64,000 nt of DNA from Candidatus Krumholzibacteriia bacterium (GCA_963836185.1 CAWIIQ010000001.1:2048001-2112000), one strand, 5' to 3'; shown: positions 50,745 through 60,829, numbered from the stretch's first letter. Notes: a model not told the origin generated them from the letters alone. Program-made: numbers and translations.

Positions 50745-51620
50745 GTGAAGGATAACCTGCCTAGACTTACACTCTGCACTATCCTGTCCATACTGCTGTC
50801 CACCTCCGCGACGTGGTCCGCCCCGAAGGAAGACGGCGCCTTCTTCCCCCCTCCCGCACGCAACCATGTCACATTCTGGGGGCACGCCTGCTGCTATATC
50901 GATGTCGACGGATTCGGGATCGTCACCGATCCCGTCTTCACGGGCAGATATTTATTCAGGCGCAGGAAGATACCGGTGCCTCCTCTCCAGTCCCGGTCAG
51001 ACACCCGCCTGATACTCGTCTCGCACGCTCACATGGACCATCTCGACAAGGAGACGATCGCGATGTTCCCCGATTCAGCAAGAGTACTCTGCCCGTGGAC
51101 CGTGGCGGGATACATCGAGGAAATGGGCAGGGATTTCACGGTCATGCGTCCAGGCGATATATTCGAGTACCCCGGCGGAAAGGTCGTCGCCGTCGAGGCG
51201 GATCATCCCGGCAAAAGGTACGCCCTGAGAAAAGGCCGCGAGGACGACGCTATCGGATTCATCATCACGACGCCTTATGGAAATGTCTACTACACCGGTG
51301 ACACGGGATATTTCGAGGGAATGATCGATATAGGTATCAGGTGGAAGCCCGATATCGCGATCATGAACATCACTCCCCACCTCAAGGGCGGCAGGGCCGT
51401 CAGGGCAGTCTGGGCCACCAGAGCGGAAGCGGTGATACCGGTCCATTTCGGCGCCTACGACTACATCCTCTTCGGCCCGCTGAAGAGCCCGCGGGGATAT
51501 GACGATATTGCGGAGATGATAAGCGAGCAGGCCGTGCTGCTGCAGCCCGGTGAGAGCCTTTCTCTGGAGAGGGAAGTCCGGAAGGCGTCGGTTCAGAAGC
51601 CGAATCCGCGCCTCGAATGA
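50745..51620 (+). CDS. MBL-fold metallo-hydrolase (NAPE-PLD/UlaG-like)
   Basis: 'WGHA','TDPVF','SHAHMDHLD','GDTGY','PVHFG'; GTG start. Confidence 0.85.
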   Translation: MKDNLPRLTLCTILSILLSTSATWSAPKEDGAFFPPPARNHVTFWGHACCYIDVDGFGIVTDPVFTGRYLFRRRKIPVPPLQSRSDTRLILVSHAHMDHLDKETIAMFPDSARVLCPWTVAGYIEEMGRDFTVMRPGDIFEYPGGKVVAVEADHPGKRYALRKGREDDAIGFIITTPYGNVYYTGDTGYFEGMIDIGIRWKPDIAIMNITPHLKGGRAVRAVWATRAEAVIPVHFGAYDYILFGPLKSPRGYDDIAEMISEQAVLLQPGESLSLEREVRKASVQKPNPRLE

Positions 51621-52063
51621 TACGGGTTGAGGTAGCTGCCCTGCATGTACTGAAGCCTGACCATGAAATTGTCGCTCGGCCGCCATGTCATGTTGAAATT
51701 CGGGATGAATATCTGGTAGTCGTTCATCCCGTCGCCACCCATCATGTATGAGCCGACCCCTACATCCCAGTTGAGAGTGACGGAGCTGCCGAGCCGGTAG
51801 CTGAAGTGGCCCATGTAGTACCCCATACCGACATCACCGAACCCTTTCGAGGCAGCGTATGAGAATCCCACCGAGCTGTGGAAGTTCAGGCCGGGTATCC
51901 TGAGGAAACCGGCCTTCGAGTCGACGGGATTGAGGTAGTCGTCAAATACGCTCTGCTCCCCGGCCGCGGTATTCGTCGTCTGCTGCGCGTTCATCCGGCC
52001 AGGGAAAAGGGCGAGCGCTATCAGGATCGTTATGAAAGAGGCTGTTCTCATCGCTGTGCTCAC
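51593..52063 (-). CDS. hypothetical exported protein
   Basis: Signal peptide, beta-rich Gly/Tyr sequence. Confidence 0.6.
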   Translation of the reverse strand: MSTAMRTASFITILIALALFPGRMNAQQTTNTAAGEQSVFDDYLNPVDSKAGFLRIPGLNFHSSVGFSYAASKGFGDVGMGYYMGHFSYRLGSSVTLNWDVGVGSYMMGGDGMNDYQIFIPNFNMTWRPSDNFMVRLQYMQGSYLNPYHSRRGFGF

Positions 52064-52422
52064 TGGCCGGATCTGTCGAGGAGTTCCCTGATCTTTTCCT
52101 TAAGGGAAGTCAGGTCGACCGACTTCACAATATAGGCGTCGGCCGCCCATGTCTGGAAGTTGTCCTTGAAGTCGGAATAGGCTGAATTGATTATTACGGG
52201 CAGGTCCTTACGGCGCTCGACTATCTGTATCAGCGCGTCTATGCCGCTCTCGTCACCGAGTTTCATGTCGAGTATCATCAGGTCGGGCGTCTCTTTTTCG
52301 ACCGAATCGATCGCTTCGGCGACCGTCCCGGCCGAGACGGTCTCGTACCCATCCCTCTCCAGCTCTTCGCTGTAGAGTCTCCTGACATTTATCTCGTCGT
52401 CTACAATGAGGATCTTCGCCAT
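52060..52422 (-). CDS. single-domain response regulator
   Basis: 'ILIVDDE','LD MKL' phospho-Asp, 'SAY','KS.D'. Confidence 0.9.
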   Translation of the reverse strand: MAKILIVDDEINVRRLYSEELERDGYETVSAGTVAEAIDSVEKETPDLMILDMKLGDESGIDALIQIVERRKDLPVIINSAYSDFKDNFQTWAADAYIVKSVDLTSLKEKIRELLDRSGQ

Positions 52423-52527
52423 CGGTTCCCCCGTATAAAAAACCGCGATTCAGCCGAATCCCGGTTATATCATCGTCATAAATTGTACAACGGTCAAGTG
52501 CTTTTGTTCCGCCTGTCACGAAGCCGG

Positions 52528-53715
52528 TCAGCCGGAATGGACCTTTATATCGAGTATCACCTTGACCGGGACCTCGCTGCGTATCTCTTCCTCGGAGAGC
52601 TCGATAGGGACAGTCACCATTTTGGCGGGACGTTCCTCGTTTGCTTCCGCTGAAACAGGCGCCTCATCTTCGGCCTTCTCCGGTGCTTTTTCAGCGAAAC
52701 TGACGAGCGGATCGTTTATGAACTTTTCCTGCTCTGCCTCTTCGACTTTTTCCTCGACGGCCTTCTTCTCTACGGCCTTTTTCTCCAGAGCTACAGCGAC
52801 ACTCGCCTCTTCCCCGGTCTCCACCTCTGCGGGGGCATTGCCGTTATCCCCCAGCTCGACCATGTGCCCGTACTCCTCGTACCCATCCCTCTCCATTCCG
52901 AGGTCCTCAGCCGATTCGGCACTTTCAGCGTCTTCTTTAAGAACGTGATCTACAAACTCAGAGACAGACTCGTGCTCCTCTTCTCTCTCCTCTGCGTAAC
53001 CTGAAGTCTCGCTCTCGCCTGCCTCTGAGTCGATACCCTTTGACGCGCCCTGCGCGACGACCTCTACATCGACCGGTCCGCCGCTCGGGCTGACGTTATC
53101 GCTTCCGTCCTTGACTGTACTCTTGTCGTTGAGCTCATGTCTCAGCTTCTTGAAGACGAGCTTCGCTATTCCTTCAAAAGTCTCGTATACTCCTCTGCCA
53201 TCCGTTGCTACCGCCTCGAACGAAGGGGTCTTCCATGTGTTGAGTTCCTCGTCGAGGACTTTCTTATCCATGCATCCCGGCACATCCCTCTTGTTGTACT
53301 GCATCACCCAGGGAGTGCTTGCGAGCGACATGCCTATCTCGTTGAGGTTCTCCTCGAGATTACCGAGGCTCTCCCTGTCATCATCGAGGCAGCCGGGAGA
53401 CGAATCGGCGACGAATACGAGGGCGTCGACACCCTTCAGCACGAGTTTCCTCGTCGCGTTGTAGTATACCTGTCCCGGAACGGTATAGAGCAGGAACCTT
53501 ACCTTGAGGCCGCCAAGCTCTCCTACCTCGATCGGAAGGAAATCGAAGAAAAGCGTCCTGTCGGTACGCGTCTTCATCGAGACCATCTTGCCCTTGTTCT
53601 CGCGCGGGAGTTTCGAATACATGTATTCGAGGTTTGTCGTCTTCCCGCTCAGCCCCGGGCCGTAATATACGACCTTAATATTTACTTCTCCGCCAGCGTA
53701 ATTATAGACAGCCAT
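52528..53715 (-). CDS. mglA: MglA-family small GTPase with about 200-aa acidic C-terminal extension
   Basis: 'KVVYYGPGLSGKTTNL','RTLFFD','YTVPGQ','FVADS','QYNKRD'. Confidence 0.85.
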   Translation of the reverse strand: MAVYNYAGGEVNIKVVYYGPGLSGKTTNLEYMYSKLPRENKGKMVSMKTRTDRTLFFDFLPIEVGELGGLKVRFLLYTVPGQVYYNATRKLVLKGVDALVFVADSSPGCLDDDRESLGNLEENLNEIGMSLASTPWVMQYNKRDVPGCMDKKVLDEELNTWKTPSFEAVATDGRGVYETFEGIAKLVFKKLRHELNDKSTVKDGSDNVSPSGGPVDVEVVAQGASKGIDSEAGESETSGYAEEREEEHESVSEFVDHVLKEDAESAESAEDLGMERDGYEEYGHMVELGDNGNAPAEVETGEEASVAVALEKKAVEKKAVEEKVEEAEQEKFINDPLVSFAEKAPEKAEDEAPVSAEANEERPAKMVTVPIELSEEEIRSEVPVKVILDIKVHSG

Positions 53716-53875
53716 TGTAAGCCACTCCTTGTAATAGCCGGGGCGGGCTCCCGTCCCGCTCACCTGGTGTACATACACGGAAGCAGAATCCGGAGCAGGC
53801 TAAACTTCAGTAGAGCTAGGGTGTTCACTTCATGATCAAGTCAGGGAAGCGCCAACCCCGGCAGGAATGCAGACC

Positions 53876-53890
53876 GCAAGGAGTGTGCCA
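53876..53890 (-). promoter_or_regulatory. sigma54 (-24/-12) promoter upstream of mglA
   Basis: Minus strand TGGCAC-ACTCC-TTGC, exact consensus spacing. Confidence 0.7.
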
Positions 53891-53961
53891 CAGAAACATT
53901 ATCAGGAATTTTTTTAACACGTTATCATTACAACGGTTAACAACCACAAAGGGGGGGCATG

Positions 53962-53994
53962 AAAAACGCCCTCTCCCGATAATGAGAGAGGGCG
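53962..53994 (-). terminator. intrinsic terminator
   Basis: CGCCCTCTC/GAGAGGGCG stem followed by a T-run on the minus strand. Confidence 0.6.
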
Positions 53995-54059
53995 CTGTAA
54001 ACTGCAAGTTACACTGCTACGCTGTCGAAGAGAGGCACGGCCCCTTCTTCAGACGGCTG

Positions 54060-54404
54060 TCAGTCCTGGCATTCAGCTCCGTCGCAGCTGTACGTGAGGC
54101 TGGTAGTACTGCCTTCCGAAACCGAAATCTGGTCCGTCCAGCAGACATATATATCGCCGTACATAGCGTTGCTGCGCATGTAAAGGTTATACGTTCCGGG
54201 AGCGAGCGGAAAAAAGGCCGATTCCTCGGATGAAGCTATGCCCTGGTATTCATCCTCGACAAACACCCAGACTCCGAATGTGAGACAATCCCTGAAAGTG
54301 ACCTTGATCCCTGTAGGCGTGACTTCCTGTGTGTCGTCCGAACATCCCGCCAGCAGCACCGGCATAAGAGCCAGTATCAATATTACGGCACCGAGCTGCC
54401 TCAT
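54060..54404 (-). CDS. small lipoprotein, hypothetical
   Basis: GGGAGG RBS, lipobox LAGC. Confidence 0.7.
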   Translation of the reverse strand: MRQLGAVILILALMPVLLAGCSDDTQEVTPTGIKVTFRDCLTFGVWVFVEDEYQGIASSEESAFFPLAPGTYNLYMRSNAMYGDIYVCWTDQISVSEGSTTSLTYSCDGAECQD

Positions 54405-54519
54405 CTGAACCTCCCTTTATATCTTTTCGAATGGATCACCGGGCAATCAGACGCCCTTGACCTGAGGGAAATCTAACAAATGACAGTCAGTGCGACAAGT
54501 GAAAAACGGGCAGTCTGTG

Positions 54520-54942
54520 TTATGTCTTCAAGAGTTTCGACCCGCACCAGGGGCAGAAATTGTACTTCTCGCTGACCGAGTGCCCGCACCCGCACAGGAT
54601 GGCGGGACCCCCGTCTTCATCCGTCTCGACGGATATGGAGCTGAAGCAGCATTTTTTAAGCTCGTCATAGAGCTCCTGGGCCTTGGGCAGCACGAACTCA
54701 TATTCCTTGCCCGAGCAGACTATCACGCGGGGATGGAGGTCGCCTCCCTCGATGCGGACATCATCCACAGTAGCGAGGTCGATTGAAACCCCTTTCATTC
54801 CGAAAGAGGAATCGAGATGGGATACCTGGAAGTTGAGCCGGCAATCGGTCAGCTCAAGGACTCCCCGTGCAGCGATAAGCCGGCTGACGTAATAAATCGC
54901 TTTTTGCATGAACAGGGTCGTTTCCGTGCATACCTGCAACAT
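54520..54942 (-). CDS. PH/GRAM-like domain plus C-terminal zinc ribbon protein
   Basis: 'G.L.LT..RL.F' and 'CGCG...FCPWCG'. Confidence 0.55.
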   Translation of the reverse strand: MLQVCTETTLFMQKAIYYVSRLIAARGVLELTDCRLNFQVSHLDSSFGMKGVSIDLATVDDVRIEGGDLHPRVIVCSGKEYEFVLPKAQELYDELKKCCFSSISVETDEDGGPAILCGCGHSVSEKYNFCPWCGSKLLKT

Positions 54943-55040
54943 TTTACCTCCATCAATGTGACCTGCCCGGTTATTGCCAGAAACGTGCCATTTCAAACAC
55001 TTGACAGTCCGCCGAATCGGGGAATATCCTCTTTGGCGTT

Positions 55041-55892
55041 GTGAAAGTAACAGGAACTACAGCATTCAGAGTCACGGCGGCAGTCCTGGACACCCTTCCA
55101 GGGCGGGTCCGCAGCCTGGCCGCCGATGTCTCGGCCCTGGGCTCCTTCTGCCTGGCCGCGAAAAAGAGACGCAATGTGCGCTCCAACCTCTCCGTAGTCG
55201 GCGCTTCACTCTCGAGTGGAAAGGTGTACGGCATCTTCAGGAATCATTCGATGAACCTAATCGAGATGTTCACTTCCTCGCGATGGGATGGTGACGAGAT
55301 AAAGGACCGCGTCGATTTCCCGTCCAGGAAGATCCTCGACGAGGCCCTCGCGGCGGGAAAGGGAGCGATCCTCGCGACGGGCCATATCGGCAACTGGGAA
55401 CTCCCGGGCCTTCTTCTAGGCTCACTGGGATATCCTCTCAGCGTTGTCGCCGGCGAGCAGATGAATTCTCTTCTCACCGGCTCGGTCAAGCTCGCCAAGG
55501 AAGAAAAAGGGATCGAGGTCATCGGCCCCGGACAGTCGTACAGAAAACTCTACCGCATCCTGAAGGCAGGAGGCCTCGTCGCCCTGCTGATCGATGGAGA
55601 TATCTTCGAGGGAGGCATTCCTGTCGAACTCTTCGGCAGGGAGGTCAATCTCCCGCGCGGAGCCGCAAGGCTCGCCATGAGTACCGGCGCTCCCGTTCTG
55701 GGCGCCTGTAGCAGGAGGATCAGAGACGACCTTTCCAGGGTGACCATGGAGACTCTGATAGCTCCTGGCGAGGCCGCCAGGATCGGCGAGACCGCCTCAC
55801 AGGAAAGGATTTTCCCGGCGATCGAGGGCTATATACGCGAAAACTCTGACCAGTGGTGCATATTCAGGAGATTCTGGAAGGATACCGCATGA
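55041..55892 (+). CDS. LpxL/PatA-family lysophospholipid acyltransferase
   Basis: 'GKGAIL..GHIGNWE','V.LL.D','G..V.LFG','DQW'. Confidence 0.85.
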   Translation: MKVTGTTAFRVTAAVLDTLPGRVRSLAADVSALGSFCLAAKKRRNVRSNLSVVGASLSSGKVYGIFRNHSMNLIEMFTSSRWDGDEIKDRVDFPSRKILDEALAAGKGAILATGHIGNWELPGLLLGSLGYPLSVVAGEQMNSLLTGSVKLAKEEKGIEVIGPGQSYRKLYRILKAGGLVALLIDGDIFEGGIPVELFGREVNLPRGAARLAMSTGAPVLGACSRRIRDDLSRVTMETLIAPGEAARIGETASQERIFPAIEGYIRENSDQWCIFRRFWKDTA

Positions 55893-57052
55893 AGATAGGT
55901 ATCGTGACCCAATCATATTACCCGAAGCCGGGCGGCGTCACCGAAGTCGTACACCATACTGCGACCGAGCTTCGCACGCTCGGACACGATGTGACGATCA
56001 TAACGACCAGGTACGATGGCAGCAGGAAGAGAGAGCCGGGAGTGATCAGGATCGGCAGAAACATCCTCTTCCCCGCAAACGGAGCCTGGACCAATGTGAC
56101 CGCGGGATGGCGCCTGCGGCGAAAGCTCGAGGAGATCTTCCGCACGGAGCGGTTCGACATCATCCAGACACACTGCCCCCTCGTCCCGACTCTGCCGGCC
56201 CTGACCCTTCTCGCCGACAGGTATGGAGCGAAACTCGTCGGCACCTTCCATGCCGCGGCGGAGAAGAACTTCATGTACGCTCTCCTTCGCCCCCTCGTCG
56301 AATGGGGAGCAGGCCACCTCGATCACAGGACAGCAGTCTCGGAGCCATGCAGGGATTTCGTCTCGAAATACTTTCCGGGAGAGTACGAGATCGTCCCGAA
56401 CGGGATAGACTCGGCGCGGTTTCATCCAGGCATCGCCCCCGTCGAGGGCCTCAGGGACGGCAAACTCAACATCCTCTTCGTAGGAAGGATGGACAGGCGC
56501 AAGGGCCTCCCCTATCTCTTCAAGGCGCTGCCGATCATACAAAGGTCGCTCCCCCGTCTTGTAAGGCTTATTCTCGTCGGCGAAGGAAGCCTCCGCCGTA
56601 AGGTGATGCCGAGACCGATCAACCTCGGAGGTGCCGAGATCATGGCTGTCGGGCGGGTCGATGCCGAGCTGCTGCCGAGATATTACGCCTCTTCCGACAT
56701 CTTCTGCGCCCCGGCGACGGGCAGGGAGAGCTTCGGAATAGTCCTTCTCGAGGCGATGGCGGCAGGGGTACCGATCGTCGCCTCAGACATCCCGGGATTC
56801 CGGAAGGTCGTCAAAAGAGGAACAGACGGGATACTTGTAGCTCCCGGCTCCCCTGCTGAGATCGCCGATGCCGTGGTGAGAATAGCATCTGACCTCGCCA
56901 TGGCAGGGAGGATGACCGCCGCCGGACGCGAGAAAGCCCTCACCTACGACTGGAGCTCGGTCACCGTCAGGCTTGAGGAGTGCTTCCGAAACGTACTTCA
57001 CGGCAGACATGATCGCGCCCCCGATATTCCGGAACAGGTGAAGACCAGATGA
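55889..57052 (+). CDS. GT4 glycosyltransferase, PimA-like
   Basis: 'MKIGIV...PGGV','FVGR...RKG','ESFGIVLLEAMAAG.P.VASDI'. Confidence 0.85.
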   Translation: MKIGIVTQSYYPKPGGVTEVVHHTATELRTLGHDVTIITTRYDGSRKREPGVIRIGRNILFPANGAWTNVTAGWRLRRKLEEIFRTERFDIIQTHCPLVPTLPALTLLADRYGAKLVGTFHAAAEKNFMYALLRPLVEWGAGHLDHRTAVSEPCRDFVSKYFPGEYEIVPNGIDSARFHPGIAPVEGLRDGKLNILFVGRMDRRKGLPYLFKALPIIQRSLPRLVRLILVGEGSLRRKVMPRPINLGGAEIMAVGRVDAELLPRYYASSDIFCAPATGRESFGIVLLEAMAAGVPIVASDIPGFRKVVKRGTDGILVAPGSPAEIADAVVRIASDLAMAGRMTAAGREKALTYDWSSVTVRLEECFRNVLHGRHDRAPDIPEQVKTR

Positions 57053-58331
57053 GCGTCGAGCCGGCCGGAAAGAGCGGGCCGGGAGAAGCGACATTCACGG
57101 CTATCTCCGGCGCCTTGTTCACGATGTTCTGGGTTGCCCAGGCAGTCTCTCTCTTCGGTGACAGGCTGAACAACTTCTCTCTCGTCGCGCTCGTCAACAG
57201 GTTCTCCGACGATCCGTCGATGCAGCTCTCAGGGATCTACGCGGCGATGTACCTTCCCGTCTTCATACTCGCCCCGGCGGCCGGTGTGATCGTCGACAGG
57301 CTGAGCAAGAAGTGGGTGCTCGCCGCGACCGACCTGGTCCGCGGGCTGCTCGTCCTGCTGATACCGGTCGCTTTCTCGGCTACAGGAAGCTTTATCCCCG
57401 TCATGGCGGTCGTTTTCATCATCTCGACCGGAAACCTGCTCTTTCTGCCGGCGAAAGCGGGGCTCCTTCCCGAGATCGTACCTCCTGAAAAACTCGTAAA
57501 GGTCAATTCGATCCTTTGGATAGCCGGTATCGCCGGCGTCGTGGGGGGGTTTCTCGGCGGGGGTGTCATCTTCGACTATTTCTCATGGGAGGCCTGCTTT
57601 CATCTCGATGGCGCTACCTATCTGCTCTCGGCCGTTCTGCTGACAGTCATCGCTTTGCGTCTGCCGGCCACTGGCGGGCAGACAGACTTGGATGACCGCC
57701 CGGACAGTGATGCCCGCAAGGGATTCTGGCACTCTGCGGCAGAAGGTCTTGCCGAGATCAGAGGAAATCGCTCCCTGATCGCTCCTCTCAGCGTGCAGGC
57801 GCTGATCTTTTTCGGCGCGGGAGGGTTCTCGGTCCTCGCCGTCGCTCTGGTGAGAGAGGTCTCGAAGGAGGGCAGTTCGATGGGGCTTGCCGTCGCCGGC
57901 CTTTCCGCCGGGGCCGGGATGGCCGCAGGTTCGGTCCTTGCCCACCGCCTGGGACAGAAGGCCGGACGGCTCGCTGAAAGCGTTCTCTTCCTTCTCTTCG
58001 CCCCTGCCGCTGCGACGGTCGCATTCTCGGACTCGCTGATCGTGACTTCTGCCGGCATGTTCATCGCGGGCCTTGCCGCCACCCCCCTCTTCATCATCTC
58101 GGAGTCTCAGCTCCAGGCAAGGATCCCCCCGGCCTTCGCGGCCGTGTCTTCTCATTGAGAGAGATACTGACAAGGAGCCTTTTCCTCGCATCCTCCTTTC
58201 TGATGAGTTTTCTGGGCAGAATGTCCGGTAAAGGGGTCATGCTGCTGCTGCTTGGCCTTTTTCTTGCAATCTTCGGAATGATCCGGGTCATCTTGTCCGG
58301 GTCCGGGCGTACCGATAACAATAACCGCTGA
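57049..58331 (+). CDS. MFS transporter (frameshift near 58130)
   Basis: 'AQAVSLFGD','AG.IVDRL.KK..L...DL.RG'; continues 'RGRVFSLRE...' to a stop at 58331. Confidence 0.8.
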
Positions 58332-58342
58332 CGGGAGAAGCA

Positions 58343-58783
58343 ATGGAGATCACCGAGAAGATCCTCAGGGAAGTCTTTCACCGCCTTGTAAATATGGAGC
58401 CGGAAGACGAACTGTTCGAGAGGCTCAACGGCGTCATAAACGGGATGATGGACAAGTTCAAGGATACCTTCGATCTCGATACCGTACAGAGGCAGAACAC
58501 CTTCCGTGCGATAATATGCTCGATGTTCGTGCACGGCTGGGGCATCGGTATGCACCCCTTCAACAACCCCGACAGGAACCTCGACGAGAGGCCGATAGAG
58601 GTCCGTGTCAGCAAGGATATCCTGATCCCGATGGAGAATATCAAGGCTCTCCGATACGTCAAGAAGGACGAGGACGGCCGTGTCAAGAAGGTCCTCTTCG
58701 AGCCCGACCAGAACGAACGTATCCGCGGGCAGATAGACAATCTCCTCGACAAGATAGCTACTGAGAAATGGGGAGAGAAGTAA
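58343..58783 (+). CDS. hypothetical protein
   Basis: Host-like codon usage, GGGAG RBS. Confidence 0.7.
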   Translation: MEITEKILREVFHRLVNMEPEDELFERLNGVINGMMDKFKDTFDLDTVQRQNTFRAIICSMFVHGWGIGMHPFNNPDRNLDERPIEVRVSKDILIPMENIKALRYVKKDEDGRVKKVLFEPDQNERIRGQIDNLLDKIATEKWGEK

Positions 58784-58798
58784 AACGGCGCGGGATGA

Positions 58799-59614
58799 TC
58801 AGTCGTTGAGCTTCTCGAGCTCTATCAACCTTCCACCCTCTTTGAATTCGACGGAATCCATCAGTTCCTTGAGCAGGTATATCCCCCTGCCTGAACCCTT
58901 GTAGATATTCTCCTGCTCCGTGGGATCGGAGACCTCGTCGGGAATGAATCCGTCTCCCTGGTCCTCGATCTGGATTCGTATGCGCCGGTTGCTGATGTAG
59001 ATACGTACACGGACCTTGAGATCCTCGTCGGACTTGTTGCCATGTACGATCGCGTTGCTGAGGGCCTCGTCGACGACCATGGGAAGATTGACCCGGCTCT
59101 CCTCGGGTGGAAATCCGAACTCGGCAGACAGAAAGGAGATCAGCCGGTTCACCCCGAGGATACGCGAGAGCTTGCTCGGTACGACGAAGTTCAGGCTTAC
59201 GTCTCCCTCCCTGATCAGCTCATTGTTGCGGGGAAACGGTATCCCCCGGTCACCGCCGTGGCGCAGCACGCCCTGGACATCGGCCCTGCTGAACGGAGGC
59301 GTGATGATCCCGTCTATTCCCATCGAGATATAGGTGAGGTATGCCCTCTCATCGCATTCGCCCGTCACTATGTAGAGTGGCGATTCGATCATCGTAAGCC
59401 GCAGCTGTCTCGTCTTGGCTGGGTCGAGCTTGCCGGAGGGAAGAAAGAGAAGGAGATTCGGGTTCCCCTCCTTGACCGACTGCAGTCCCTTGAAGAATCG
59501 GGGAAAGGTCTTGAAAACCCCTACCTCGACATCCTCGGGGAGGCGTGCCTCGGCAAAGAATTGATCATGCAGCGCGGGCTGCAGATTGAGTATATACAAC
59601 GAAAGATTATTCAC
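58799..59614 (-). CDS. degenerate receiver plus RsbW-like HATPase (anti-sigma/Ser kinase) protein
   Basis: 'EALSNAIVHGN','IEDQGDGF','GRGIYL...MD.V.F...G'. Confidence 0.8.
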   Translation of the reverse strand: MNNLSLYILNLQPALHDQFFAEARLPEDVEVGVFKTFPRFFKGLQSVKEGNPNLLLFLPSGKLDPAKTRQLRLTMIESPLYIVTGECDERAYLTYISMGIDGIITPPFSRADVQGVLRHGGDRGIPFPRNNELIREGDVSLNFVVPSKLSRILGVNRLISFLSAEFGFPPEESRVNLPMVVDEALSNAIVHGNKSDEDLKVRVRIYISNRRIRIQIEDQGDGFIPDEVSDPTEQENIYKGSGRGIYLLKELMDSVEFKEGGRLIELEKLND

Positions 59615-59630
59615 ATCCGCCCGGGTATCG

Positions 59631-60230
59631 TTAGAATACCTGCTGCCCGTCGGCGAGTATCTGGTTAAGAGCCGTCCGGAAATACTCACTCGACTCGGTC
59701 ACTTCAGAACCGATCTTCTCCTTGTAGGCCTCCCAGGCCTTCTTTATCTCGGGACCCAGCACGGTCATCAGGTCACCGCTGGCGAGGCCGCGGTCCCGCT
59801 TCTCCTGATTGTACACGAGGATATCGCTCACAAAGACGCGCGCAAGTCTTTTAGCCCTTTCGCGTTTCTTCTTCATCTCGGGCGTCTCCTCGACCGTCTG
59901 CTCGACGGCGGGCTGCGCCTCGGAAGCGGGCACCTCGTTACCCATGATCTCGACCTCTGTATCCATGGCCGCGGGTTCGGGCTCTGTCATGACAGCCGCC
60001 ACTCGCTGCTGCTCCGGAGCGGCCCATCCACCCGAAGGAGCCTCAGCCAGGGGAACGCCCGTGGCGTATTCATTGGTCGTGATCTCGATATCGGGATCGA
60101 TAGACACCGGAGGCGGGGTGAGTCTCCATACGAACCGGCACTTAGGGCACCTGACCCTGATTCCCGCTGTGGGTACCTTCTCGTCCCCGAGCATGTATTT
60201 CGTCGAGCATCCGTCACAGGTGACGATCAT
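59631..60230 (-). CDS. MJ0042-type zinc-ribbon protein with C-terminal RomX-like helical domain
   Basis: 'CDGC.TKY...VRCPKC'; C-terminal 'AKRLARVFVSDILVYN...FRTALNQIL'. Confidence 0.7.
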   Translation of the reverse strand: MIVTCDGCSTKYMLGDEKVPTAGIRVRCPKCRFVWRLTPPPVSIDPDIEITTNEYATGVPLAEAPSGGWAAPEQQRVAAVMTEPEPAAMDTEVEIMGNEVPASEAQPAVEQTVEETPEMKKKRERAKRLARVFVSDILVYNQEKRDRGLASGDLMTVLGPEIKKAWEAYKEKIGSEVTESSEYFRTALNQILADGQQVF

Positions 60231-60280
60231 TTCTACCGATCCTCCATCCCTCGTACCGAGCAGGCCGCAATTTTGATCCG

Positions 60281-60829
60281 TCAGAGTCCGAGTTCCTTCG
60301 ATATCGATCTCATAGCGACGAGTGATATCTCGAGAAATTCGTGCAGATCAAGACCCAGCTCGCTACAACTTGCAATCGCCTCACGGTTTGCGCCTGCGGC
60401 AAACCTCTTTTCCTTGTAACGCTTCCCCACGAATTCGGCGTCCGTTTCAGCCAGTTTCTTCGATGGGTGCATCAGGGCTGAAGCAACAATCAAGCCAGTA
60501 ACCGGATCTGCGGCGTATATCGCCTTATCCATTTCAGTGTCCCGCCCGGCCTTGTCGCAATGGGCGAGAATCGCGTGCCGGACCTCCCCGGGCAGGTCCG
60601 CGCCCTCTAACAGGTCTATAGTCACGCATCCGTGATTTTCCGGATCCTCGAAGGTACGCTCATAGTCAAGATCGTGAAGGAGGCCGGCCATCCCCCAGAC
60701 ATCGGGATCGCCTCCATAACGAGGTGCAAGAGAACGCATTATGATTTCAACGGCGAGTACGTGTTTGACGAGGTTCTTCTTCCCGAGATGTGTGTTTACC
60801 ATCTCCATCGCTTCTTCGCGCGTTATCAA
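60281..60829 (-). CDS. HDIG/HD-domain phosphohydrolase
   Basis: 'TREEA...H...VE..M','GLLHDLDY','H','AIL.H','D...GLI','FAAGANRE'. Confidence 0.85.
   Translation of the reverse strand: MITREEAMEMVNTHLGKKNLVKHVLAVEIIMRSLAPRYGGDPDVWGMAGLLHDLDYERTFEDPENHGCVTIDLLEGADLPGEVRHAILAHCDKAGRDTEMDKAIYAADPVTGLIVASALMHPSKKLAETDAEFVGKRYKEKRFAAGANREAIASCSELGLDLHEFLEISLVAMRSISKELGL

Noticed and set aside
53720-54060. Possible ncRNA or riboswitch in the mglA upstream region
   Set aside because: Explained by a terminator, a sigma54 promoter and an A/T tract; no recognisable riboswitch motif by eye.
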